Virus record (IMG/VR): IMGVR_UViG_3300026255_000010 | Length of the DNA: 46,336 nt | Source of the DNA: a virus | Reading direction: 5' to 3' (one strand) | Shown: in pieces, positions 19,449 through 27,386 of the stretch | How positions within the stretch are numbered: the stretch's first letter is position 1 | Layout: the number at the start of each line of letters is the position of its first letter | Translations under genes and position numbers: made by a program | The notes under the pieces: generated by a model | Databases searched by the model: none | What the model saw: the letters and a program-made list of their open reading frames with translations, nothing else | What the model was told of the DNA's origin: nothing

Positions 19449-20186
19449 TTATTTGGCCGCCCGTTCTTTTCGGGCAGCCGGTACTACGTTTGCTGGTTCT
19501 ATTTCGGACTCTGACACGGGGGTGTTCTGGCTCTTGGTGAGCTTGCCGTCTACCATCTCATAGCCGGGAGGCAGGAAGTACAGAGAATCGGGCACGGTGG
19601 TATCTCGTATGTTGTCTCTGTCCAGGGCGAAACAGAACGCCAGCGGATCTTCAATCACTTGCGCCTGTTCCTCATACGAGAGATTATAATAGCTCCGCAT
19701 GGTGAAATTGCCGACCGCCTGCAAATCCAGGATCGTCGCCGGGCCATGGTTGGTCAGGTTCATTACTCTGATATCGAGCCGGGCAGTGCCGTTGGCGACA
19801 TCGAGTGTGACCGTGGACTCCGAAGATTCGACTCCTGCTGGCGTGATGGTGAACGTGGTTTCGGACCCCGCCTCAAAGTCTCCTTCAATGTTCGTGGTCC
19901 GGTAGATTCTCTTGTTCCCGGCCCCGGATATCATCTCGATATCTCGATCCAGCAGGCCGCCTCCCCGTGAACTGGTTAAAACGAAACTCTTTTGGACTGT
20001 CTCGTTTCCATCCTCCCAGGTCCGGTCCATGCTGTAGACGTACTTTCCGTCCGTTACTCCTGAATCGTCCCGGTAGTGGTCGCCATAGTTCTGGACCCTC
20101 ATGGCCCCTGAGCCGGATATATCCAGCTCTGAAACGCTGGCATCACTATCATTCAGGCAGCTTACGGCCAGAACCAAACCCGCCAT
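19449..20186 (-). CDS. Membrane-anchored/secreted beta-rich protein (frame stays open to 20255)
   Basis: Hydrophobic leader extends 23 codons upstream of ATG 20186; acidic Ser/Thr-rich body. Confidence 0.55.
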   Translation of the reverse strand: MAGLVLAVSCLNDSDASVSELDISGSGAMRVQNYGDHYRDDSGVTDGKYVYSMDRTWEDGNETVQKSFVLTSSRGGGLLDRDIEMISGAGNKRIYRTTNIEGDFEAGSETTFTITPAGVESSESTVTLDVANGTARLDIRVMNLTNHGPATILDLQAVGNFTMRSYYNLSYEEQAQVIEDPLAFCFALDRDNIRDTTVPDSLYFLPPGYEMVDGKLTKSQNTPVSESEIEPANVVPAARKERAAK

Positions 20187-20255
20187 CGCAAGAGCCGATA
20201 TGATCAGCGCGCCGAAAAAAGCCAGCCTCCAGTAAACGATTACTCTCCGAATGAC

Positions 20256-20582
20256 CTAGCCCCCCTTGTTGTATCCTAACATGTAGGCGGCACTTTCAAG
20301 CTGAGCCTTTACGCCTGCAATGCCCATTGATGCCAGCCTCATTTTCCCCCCGACCTTGAGGTCTAGGAGTATCTGGTCTTCTGACAGATCGACAAACCTC
20401 TTTGCCTTTGCCTCGGGCGGCTCGATCTCGTCCGATTCTTCAAGGAAATCGGCTACGGCTTCTATCTTGGCGATGGCGCCAACCATCGCATTCTCGACGT
20501 TTCGTTTGATGTAGACAATGAGAATTGCCACCGATATCGCCACTACCAGGATCAGGCCAAATATCAGGATTAGATAATCCAT
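20256..20582 (-). CDS. Single-TM membrane protein
   Basis: MDYLILIFGLILVVAISVAILIVYI N-terminal helix; GAGG RBS. Confidence 0.6.
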   Translation of the reverse strand: MDYLILIFGLILVVAISVAILIVYIKRNVENAMVGAIAKIEAVADFLEESDEIEPPEAKAKRFVDLSEDQILLDLKVGGKMRLASMGIAGVKAQLESAAYMLGYNKGG

Positions 20583-20583
20583 C

Positions 20584-20994
20584 TCACGTCGCCTCCTCGA
20601 TGGCCGATTGTGTAGCCGGAACCAGCTTCTGGAGATCGCCGATAAGCTCCTCGATGTCTGGGTAGAGGTCTGCGATCTCCTGAGCTGTTGGGGCCTTCCC
20701 CTGTTCAAGTTTCGCTACTATTACTCGGGCTTCGGGCTCCATTCCTCGGATATCGGATACCACTTCAGTCATTATGGGCTGTAGATATCCCTGGGCAGCC
20801 AGCAGAGCCTTCTGCTGATGGGTGGAAATGTATCCAACTGTCGCCAACCCGGTGATCACGAAGCCCACCAGCTTGTCCGCATCAGACATGTTCTGGCCAA
20901 ATGTTATGGCCAATCCAAAAACGATGATGAGGGACACGACAACTATCGGTCCTTTCATTGATTCTAAAGTATTATCGGATGTCAAATTAACCAC
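20584..20994 (-). CDS. Two-TM membrane protein (holin-like)
   Basis: IVVVSLIIVFGLAITF and LVGFVITGLATVGYI helices; the holin role is inferred only. Confidence 0.5.
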   Translation of the reverse strand: MVNLTSDNTLESMKGPIVVVSLIIVFGLAITFGQNMSDADKLVGFVITGLATVGYISTHQQKALLAAQGYLQPIMTEVVSDIRGMEPEARVIVAKLEQGKAPTAQEIADLYPDIEELIGDLQKLVPATQSAIEEAT

Positions 20995-21286
20995 CAGATC
21001 TTTGTAGGATCAATCTTTTTCATGAAATCATCTCTCTTCAAACTTATATCCGGATTGCAGCGCTGTCTTCTGCCCCGAGCATGAGCACCCTTGGTCTCCC
21101 GCCCAGGCCATTGTCTGAGTGCCCCACTGAAATATTTCAACGTTTGCCATCGTCCCTCCTGATTACTATTCTTCTTCGCTGTCCTTCGGCTAGAACTTCA
21201 TCGGCCACCAACCGGACGAAAAGGACATCGCCCGGTCCCATCCCCGGAACATGGCCCGTCAGTCCACATCGGTCACTCTCATGAAA

Positions 21287-21556
21287 TCATGCCTTTTCGA
21301 TCAATTCAGGCTTCACGTCTGCCAGAGCAACCAGCTCTGATGTGTCTTTGAACCCCGCTCGCTTCCAGGCCGGCATAGGGTTGTCAATTTCCACGAGTTT
21401 CGGTGATTTTTCCGTGCCCTGGTCGACGGTGATCTTGCTGTCATCAATTGCTGCAAGTTTTGCCAGATCTGCCTTGGCCCGTTTCTCATACTCTGGCATG
21501 GTCAACAGATTCTCGTAATCCCGCTTGGTGAGCGGGCCGTTAGGGTATCCTCTCAT
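21287..21556 (-). CDS. Hypothetical protein (MRGYPNGPLTKRDY...)
   Basis: GAGGTGA RBS; directly downstream of the DGR cassette. Confidence 0.65.
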   Translation of the reverse strand: MRGYPNGPLTKRDYENLLTMPEYEKRAKADLAKLAAIDDSKITVDQGTEKSPKLVEIDNPMPAWKRAGFKDTSELVALADVKPELIEKA

Positions 21557-21565
21557 CGTGTCACC

Positions 21566-21853
21566 TCATGAAAACGTGTAGTGTCTATTTATTTTCTTTA
21601 TAATTGATAGAAATGGCAGATGCGATTCATATTTCTTCAGCTGGTTCATCAGCACGATCGAGCCCGTAAAAGTGATGTGCTGCTTACCTTCCAGTTCGAA
21701 GTGAATCGTGAGATATTGTGTGCCTTTCTTCTGGTGACTGTCTTTGATTTTGTATCCAATAACCAGGATTTCTTTGTTCAGGACCTCGTCGAGCCGGAGC
21801 TTCTCTCCTTCGAATGATTCTTCTTCGGCGAAGTCTCCGAACCGTTCAGGCAT
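21566..21853 (-). CDS. Small beta-rich protein coupled to the DGR RT (candidate non-Avd accessory protein)
   Basis: ATG overlaps the last RT codons; alternating hydrophobic strands (EILVIGYKIK, YLTIHFEL, HITFTGS). Confidence 0.7.
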   Translation of the reverse strand: MPERFGDFAEEESFEGEKLRLDEVLNKEILVIGYKIKDSHQKKGTQYLTIHFELEGKQHITFTGSIVLMNQLKKYESHLPFLSIIKKINRHYTFS

Positions 21854-22844
21854 TGGCAAGCCCCAGAGATTGCTTGAAGTTGAAGCTATTCGCCCATAGA
21901 AGCCATCCTTCTGTAGATGCTATTGAAGATCTGTATTGGTCCAGAGATATCTCTCCTCTGGCCAACTTGCGAGGAAGTTCCTGCATCCTGTGCTTGATTC
22001 GCTTTGCGGTGGATTTCCTGACAAGAATGTGGTTCGGAAAATGTCGGTATCCCAGAAAGTCTATGCCCTGCTGTACAGGGAATATATCATTCTTGCTCAA
22101 GGATAGATCAAGCCTTTCCGCAAGGAAACGCTCTATTTCCTCGGCCACCAGTCGCAGGAACCTCTTGTCTTGATGGAGCAGAACGAAGTCATCGCAGTAT
22201 CTTATGTAATACCTGATCTTCATTTCGTGCTTCAGGAACTGGTCTAGCTCGTTCATGTAGAGGTTGCCAAGCCATTGGCTTGTGTAGTTCCCAATCGGCA
22301 CGTTCTTGCCTCCTGGAATGCTGTAGATGATGTCCCCCAGCAGCCATAGAGTGTCCGGGCACTTGATTTTTCTCCGGACGATCCCAAATAGGATGTCGTG
22401 GTCTATCGATGGATAGAACTTCGAGATATCCATTTTCAGGCAATAAGCGCCGTGTCCTGCCGCTCTGATAAAGTCCATAGTTCTTCGACTTGCGGCATGA
22501 ATTCCTTTTCCGGTCCTGCATGCATACGAGTCATGGATGAACAGGCCGCTCCAAACTGGCTCAAGGACGTTCATCAAGGCATGTTGGACCACTCTGTCAG
22601 GATTGAAAGGCAGCTTGTAGATGATCCTCTGCTTCGGTTCGTAGATCATATTCTCCGTGTACGGAGATGTGGTGAAGGTCTTTTCAATCAGAGCGTCCAT
22701 GATATTGAAAATGTTCTCATCCAGATCATCATCGAACCGGCTGATAGTATTCTGCCAGCTCTTGCCTTTTCGGGCCTTTTTATATGCCAAGTAGATATTA
22801 TCCAGCTCAGTTATCTTATCCCAAAGATTTCCGTGTCGCTTCAT
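21846..22844 (-). CDS. DGR reverse transcriptase (332 aa)
   Basis: LKMDISKFYPSI, VPIGNYTSQWLGNLY and YIRYCDD motifs; adjacent TR/VR pair. Confidence 0.95.
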   Translation of the reverse strand: MKRHGNLWDKITELDNIYLAYKKARKGKSWQNTISRFDDDLDENIFNIMDALIEKTFTTSPYTENMIYEPKQRIIYKLPFNPDRVVQHALMNVLEPVWSGLFIHDSYACRTGKGIHAASRRTMDFIRAAGHGAYCLKMDISKFYPSIDHDILFGIVRRKIKCPDTLWLLGDIIYSIPGGKNVPIGNYTSQWLGNLYMNELDQFLKHEMKIRYYIRYCDDFVLLHQDKRFLRLVAEEIERFLAERLDLSLSKNDIFPVQQGIDFLGYRHFPNHILVRKSTAKRIKHRMQELPRKLARGEISLDQYRSSIASTEGWLLWANSFNFKQSLGLANA

Positions 22845-22968
22845 GATTATTTTTGAGAGAAGCAACGTTTTCTTGCGTTACTAGCTGCTCCTCTCCTCCG
22901 TTGTGTGTTTTGCCTTTCGACAAGGTCAGCGAGTCCAGCTAGGAGTTAGCTTCGCAACCAATCCTAGA

Positions 22969-23085
22969 TCTGTGACTGCGCGGCAACTGATATTCGAATT
23001 CGTATTCGACTGCTGATTATTCGCATTACGTGCCTGCGAACTGCAATTCGTCGCATTATTCCAATTACTGCCTGCAATAACTGCT
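22969..23085 (-). repeat. DGR template repeat (TR)
   Basis: 117 nt with ten AAT codons; differs from 23148-23264 at 30 positions, all TR adenines. Confidence 0.95.
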
Positions 23086-23107
23086 CGACTCGCCCGACCT
23101 ATTACCG

Positions 23108-23126
23108 GCCTATGCTGCGCATAGGC
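23108..23126 (-). other. DGR target-recognition hairpin downstream of VR
   Basis: Perfect 8-bp stem GCCTATGC/GCATAGGC with a 3-nt GCA loop, 12 nt after the target stop codon. Confidence 0.8.
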
Positions 23127-23137
23127 ACGAATAACGA

Positions 23138-24481
23138 CTACTGTGGCTCCGCGACCGCGCGGCAACCGAAAGACGAATGCGCAACCGACCGCCGATAAAG
23201 CGCATAACGCGCCCGCGAACCGCAAGACGCCGCAGAAGTCCAATAACCGCCCGCAATAACCGCTGCCTGTGCCTGGCATGTTCCTTGACCGTAATGGGAC
23301 CCTCTTGTCCCGCTGATATCCTCGTAGCTGAACACAATTGCTGTGGCATAATCCGCTCCGGCTATGTAGCTCTGCCGATCCTGGAGCCAAGTCCACCAGA
23401 CTCCGGACATGTCCTCCAAGCCAATGTTTGAGACGATCCTTCTGGATGCAGTATCCACATGTCCACCAACGGTCGTCGGATTCGCGCTCCCGTAGATATT
23501 CGTCTCTTCTGGCGTGCCACTGTGGAGCTGCGCAAACTCCCAGTCTGTCATCATCCTAGCGCCTATATTTTTCAAGTCGTCTGCGAAATCGTAGAAATTC
23601 CGAGAGACAGTCGCGGCAGCTCCGAATACTGATGCGATAGATGCTCCTGTGCCGGAGAGGTGGTATATCGAGGCCCACAGAGGCGCATAATTCAGGCTGT
23701 CGAAATCGGTCGGCCCTCCCCAGGCAAACCCAGGAAGGAAGCGTCCATATGGCCGGTGCTTGAGATCTTGGATAGACCGAGGGATGATATCTCCTGCCAG
23801 GTAGCCTGTGAGGGGATGGCCGGAGATCGTGCCAACATTCGCGCATTCGCAGTGGAAGCAGCCGATTTTGCGGCTATTGTCTGCGGTGTAGCCAGCCGGG
23901 TAGGTGGTGGCGGCACTAAGGATGAGAACCGGAGTATAGCCACTTACTGGGACGCAGGCATAGATATAAAAGTCTTTGCCGGCACGGTTGGCCGGAGTGG
24001 CGTACTGCGAATCGTCCCAATTGGCCGCGGTGTCAAGGTCCAGCTCGACAGCGGCGGCCAGCTCGTAGGAATGGTTCCCGGCTCCCCCGACATTCACGAT
24101 CAGGTGACTAGGGGATACGAGCGTCCTCCGGTCTGCTGCCAGGCTGCTGCCCTTGTTCTTCCACATTCTATTGCGATTGTAATACGCATCTTGCCTCCCT
24201 GGGAGGCGATTCAGGAACGTCATAAAATCACCATCTTCAGATTCGTTGTAATATTCAGCCCAAGCCGATTCGTCTGCTTCATCGCAATCAGGCAGCCCTA
24301 GAACAAGATCGACACTGAACCTTTTTTGGCATATAGGGCAATCACAAGTCGAAGTATCTTCGCCCGGATCGACATCATAAGGCAGTGTATGGCCATTGGG
24401 GCAGACGACATCTGCCCCTACCAGGATGCTTGCCTCAAAACCAATTCCGCATACAGGACAATGATAAGATCCGGTTGCCAT
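23138..24481 (-). CDS. DGR target protein with C-terminal CLec/FGE-like fold and N-terminal Cys-rich extension
   Basis: GARMMTDWEF, GLEDMSGVWWTW, GGYW...GSR...GCRAV CLec motifs plus VR; second in-frame start with RBS at 24223. Confidence 0.9.
   Translation of the reverse strand: MATGSYHCPVCGIGFEASILVGADVVCPNGHTLPYDVDPGEDTSTCDCPICQKRFSVDLVLGLPDCDEADESAWAEYYNESEDGDFMTFLNRLPGRQDAYYNRNRMWKNKGSSLAADRRTLVSPSHLIVNVGGAGNHSYELAAAVELDLDTAANWDDSQYATPANRAGKDFYIYACVPVSGYTPVLILSAATTYPAGYTADNSRKIGCFHCECANVGTISGHPLTGYLAGDIIPRSIQDLKHRPYGRFLPGFAWGGPTDFDSLNYAPLWASIYHLSGTGASIASVFGAAATVSRNFYDFADDLKNIGARMMTDWEFAQLHSGTPEETNIYGSANPTTVGGHVDTASRRIVSNIGLEDMSGVWWTWLQDRQSYIAGADYATAIVFSYEDISGTRGSHYGQGTCQAQAAVIAGGYWTSAASCGSRARYALYRRSVAHSSFGCRAVAEPQ
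23148..23264 (-). repeat. DGR variable repeat (VR)
   Basis: 3' end of the target gene, encodes AVIAGGYWTSAASCGSRARYALYRRSVAHSSFGCRAVA. Confidence 0.95.
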
Positions 24482-24494
24482 CTATACCTCAGAC

Positions 24495-24597
24495 CGTACG
24501 AGCGTCCTACGGTTGGCTGCGGTATCGCTGCCCTTGTTCTTCCACATTCTATTGCGATTGTAGTAGCCGTCCTGCCTGGCTGGAAGGCGGTTCAAGA
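24495..24597 (-). repeat. Diverged duplicate of the 5' part of the DGR target core
   Basis: Matches ~24115-24217 with a 36-nt identical core; NRLPARQDGYYNRNRMWKNKGS vs NRLPGRQDAYYNRNRMWKNKGS. Confidence 0.85.
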
Positions 24598-24632
24598 CTC
24601 GTCGGGGGCAGGGGTAGCGGATTCCCGTCTCT

Positions 24633-24773
24633 TCAGAGGCGGGAGGAGCGTACCCCGCTGTTATCTCTTTCATCCAAGATCCGGTTAATGATTGTGTCAT
24701 AGCTTTCTCCTTTCCTACCAAGTTCTTTGAGTCGATCTCGTGTTTTCGTCTTTAGCTGTATACAGGTGTGCAT
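24633..24773 (-). CDS. Ribbon-helix-helix/CopG-type DNA-binding protein (46 aa, not in the ORF track)
   Basis: MHTCIQLKTKTRDRLKELGRKGESYDTIINRILDE, typical archaeal RHH pattern. Confidence 0.75.
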   Translation of the reverse strand: MHTCIQLKTKTRDRLKELGRKGESYDTIINRILDERDNSGVRSSRL

Positions 24774-24775
24774 AA

Positions 24776-24803
24776 GACTTAAATAGTACTAAGTACTATA
24801 TAT
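24776..24803. promoter_or_regulatory. Divergent promoters with palindromic operator
   Basis: ATAGTACT-A-AGTACTAT (24783-24799) between TTAAATA (plus) and TATATA (about 25 nt upstream of the RHH ATG). Confidence 0.6.
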
Positions 24804-24804
24804 C

Positions 24805-25150
24805 ATTGTCCATTGCTCAGAGCGGAACCAATGCCATAAGGCTTGGTTGGGCACTCCACCCTGATGAGAGATGCCAGGGAACAGACAACAGCTTAATCTG
24901 CTCGTACAAGCAAGCGAATCTAAGGACACGGAATCGGAAGCACGAGTCCGGGTAACTGGACTGGTGGATAGCATGATAGATGAAGCCTCTTCCCGTTCCA
25001 GGGCAGCCAGTACACCATCATCGTACCACATCCTAATCAGGGAGAAGAGTCACCCTGCCAGACGCGACACGACTTTTTGCGTAGTCGCAAGCCCTCTAGA
25101 CTTGGCGGCATGCCCGCCAATTCATTGGTGGGTAGGTGACGAATCCCATG
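24805..25150 (+). ncRNA. Candidate structured non-coding RNA (~340 nt)
   Basis: Dense run of hairpins, including a GNRA-capped AGTCCGG-GTAA-CTGGACT with a G-U pair, TTGGCGG/CCGCCAA, GCGAC/GTCGC, CAGGG/CCCTG, AACCAA/TTGGTT. Confidence 0.45.
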
Positions 25151-25151
25151 T

Positions 25152-25310
25152 TCAGCTCTCCAGGATAGCGAGGATAGCCGCAAGATCAGCTTTCATGAGG
25201 GCGATATCTGCTTTTACTGTGGCAAGATTAACAATCAGCTCGCCATCATCGTTTACAGCAACGCCTTTTGGCTCACCGTCAGACGATTTGAATCCATATA
25301 TTTTTGCCAT
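25152..25310 (-). CDS. Small hypothetical protein (52 aa, not in the ORF track)
   Basis: GGTGA RBS 5 nt before ATG; MAKIYGFKSSDGEPKGVAVNDDGELIVNLATVKADIALMKADLAAILAILES. Confidence 0.65.
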   Translation of the reverse strand: MAKIYGFKSSDGEPKGVAVNDDGELIVNLATVKADIALMKADLAAILAILES

Positions 25311-25329
25311 TTATATCACCTAGATCTTA

Positions 25330-26662
25330 GTGACTTCCTCCCATGACTAAAGTCATGGGCTTCCTCTTTCACTGACCTGCTTTTGCAGTGTCTCTAGAGG
25401 CTCTTCCCCTCAGTCCGAGGGTGCGAATGTTTAGGCTGGCATTGAGATCCCTATCCATCTCTAATCCACAGTTGGGACAAAGATGGGTTCGATCTGCCAG
25501 CGTCTTAGGTACCATTATACCACATTGGGAACATTTCTGAGATGTATATCTTGCATCTACCAGTTCTACCACTTTGCCAGCCTTTGCAGCTTTGCTCTGA
25601 GTGAACTGGATCAATTTTCCCCAAGCATGGTCTTGAATATGCTTTGCTAGATGGTGATTCTTAAGCATACCTGAAATGTTAAGGTTCTCGAATACAATTA
25701 GATCCGCGGAATCGACCAGTTTTCTAGATACCTGGTTGAGGAATTCGTCTCGGAGGTTCTGAATTCTCTTACTGATCTTAGCTACTTTCGCTTTAGCCTT
25801 CCGCCTGTTGGCCGATCCTTTCTTCTTTCTGGAAAGGGATCTTTGGGCCGCTGCAAGCGTCTCCTCTAACTGGATGTAGTATCGAGGGTATTGGATTGAC
25901 TCACCGGCAGACGTGGTTATTAGGCTCTTCAGTCCAACGTCTACCCCTATTATGGTTGTTGGCTCAACGATATGGGCCTCCTCGATTTCCGCCACTAAGA
26001 CGGCGTACCAATGGCCCAGGAGATCTTTCTTGATAGTGCAAGTCTTGATTTTGCCTTCCACTTCACGATGCTTGAAGATCCTGATGGTTCCGATCTTGGA
26101 AAGAGTTAGCTTTGAGCCTTCGATCTTGAACCCTGCTTGGGGGTAGGTGAAAGACTTATACCAGCCTCGGCCCTTAAACCTGGGGTAGCCCGGCTTCTCT
26201 CCTGCCTTGACACGTCTGAAGAAAGCCTTGAAAGACTTGTCTAGCCTCCTGAGCACGTCCTGGAGAACCTGGGAGAAGATTCCCTGCCATTTGCCTTCCT
26301 TCTTCTCAAGGGTTAAGGTGGCCGCTTGATCCTCATAGGATCTACTAATGCCTTCCATCTCATAGCAATTCTTCCTATCAGCCAGAGCGGTATTGTAGAG
26401 GTGCCTGCAAGTTTCCAGAGTGACATCTAACATAGCTTCCTGTTGCTTGTTAGGGTACATCCTGAATTTGTAAGCTGTCTTCATACCGCACCTTCTAAGC
26501 AAAACCTATATTAGGAGATGAGGATATATAGTTATTGGTGGTCGGGAACCGCTACCTTCTAAGCAATTGTAGCCTCTTTTCCGACTGCCCAATATTCACA
26601 GTGGGGTCGATTCATCCCACGGTTAAAACCGTGGGTTTTCTCTCCCCCTACACCCCATCATC
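25330..26662 (-). mobile_element. Non-autonomous IS605/IS1341-type element (TnpB-1), target motif TTAT
   Basis: Left-end hairpin 26616-26635 preceded by AAAA, inserted after TTAT; right-end hairpin 25340-25359 preceded by GAAG, ending TCAC. Confidence 0.85.
25369..26484 (-). CDS. tnpB: TnpB RNA-guided endonuclease
   Basis: HTH YKFRMYP, RuvC D (GVDVG), E (FENL), D (RDLNA), CSQCG/CPNCG zinc ribbon. Confidence 0.95.
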   Translation of the reverse strand: MKTAYKFRMYPNKQQEAMLDVTLETCRHLYNTALADRKNCYEMEGISRSYEDQAATLTLEKKEGKWQGIFSQVLQDVLRRLDKSFKAFFRRVKAGEKPGYPRFKGRGWYKSFTYPQAGFKIEGSKLTLSKIGTIRIFKHREVEGKIKTCTIKKDLLGHWYAVLVAEIEEAHIVEPTTIIGVDVGLKSLITTSAGESIQYPRYYIQLEETLAAAQRSLSRKKKGSANRRKAKAKVAKISKRIQNLRDEFLNQVSRKLVDSADLIVFENLNISGMLKNHHLAKHIQDHAWGKLIQFTQSKAAKAGKVVELVDARYTSQKCSQCGIMVPKTLADRTHLCPNCGLEMDRDLNASLNIRTLGLRGRASRDTAKAGQ

Positions 26663-26690
26663 ATAAGGGGTACTGCAGTACACCTCTTCC

Positions 26691-27386
26691 CTAGAATGTC
26701 AAAATCTTGATGCTCTCTTTTCCCATGTAGCCGACTTTTGGCTTCACGGATGAAACCTGATATTCAATCCCGTCCGTTGGGTCAAAGGGGTTATCGACGT
26801 TGAATTTGATCGTATCACCGATAGCAAAAGTGCCCCGCGCCTGCAAGGTCGTGGCCTGAATCGAGGTCCACCCACCCGAGGGACTTGGGACGCTCTTGTT
26901 CTTGATTTCAATCTTGCAATATAGATCCGTCTCTGCCTCGGTGTAGACCGGCGCGCCTCCAGAACTTATGACAGTGATAACCAGATTGCAATCCAGGTTA
27001 GCGGTCGTGATGGTGGGAAGCGAAGTTAAGGCGGCGGTGGTGGTCTTCTTTCCCGCAGCCAGAAAGTCTATGTTTTCGGTGCCATTAACAGTGACCCGGC
27101 CCGCGCAATCGGTGTGCCCGGTGACGCTGGAGGCCACTATGGAGAGCCTAGCGCCTCCTGTTGGCCAGGTGCCGGTTAGGGTCAGGGTAGCCGCCGAAGT
27201 GCCGCTAAACAGCGTTGCCGCCGTCTTGGTGACACGCTTTGCCAGATGCCGAAACCTGCCTTTCTCGACGCCTGGTGAGCTGGGGGAGGGAGAGCCGTAT
27301 TCGGTGTACGTCGGGCCGTCGATCAGCTCTAAGGTGGTGGGATCGGTGTCAGCCGTGTCCCTGACGACATAAACATACGGAGGCAT
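26691..27386 (-). CDS. Head closure/stopper-like neck protein
   Basis: Follows the adaptor by TGATG coupling; C-terminal beta pattern (LYCKIEIK...GDTIKF...YQVSSVK). Confidence 0.45.
   Translation of the reverse strand: MPPYVYVVRDTADTDPTTLELIDGPTYTEYGSPSPSSPGVEKGRFRHLAKRVTKTAATLFSGTSAATLTLTGTWPTGGARLSIVASSVTGHTDCAGRVTVNGTENIDFLAAGKKTTTAALTSLPTITTANLDCNLVITVISSGGAPVYTEAETDLYCKIEIKNKSVPSPSGGWTSIQATTLQARGTFAIGDTIKFNVDNPFDPTDGIEYQVSSVKPKVGYMGKESIKILTF

Noticed and set aside
20256-20258. In-frame TAG read-through (pyrrolysine) fusing two membrane genes
   Set aside because: No Pyl machinery or other evidence in the window; non-canonical initiation is simpler
22926-23396. 156-aa ORF through TR
   Set aside because: TR is open simply because it mirrors the VR frame; expected to act as RNA template
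24482-24721. 79-aa ORF from the track as a real gene
   Set aside because: Its first half is an alternative frame of the RHH gene; only the relic duplication part is meaningful
24855-24920. CTGATGAG suggesting a hammerhead ribozyme
   Set aside because: No stem II closed by R-Y followed by GAAA, and no stem III/NUH; CCCTG pairs with CAGGG instead
26490-26566. 13-bp direct repeat ACCTTCTAAGCAA upstream of tnpB-1 as target-site duplication or att site
   Set aside because: Both copies lie inside the IS, which makes no TSD; probably an internal rearrangement scar
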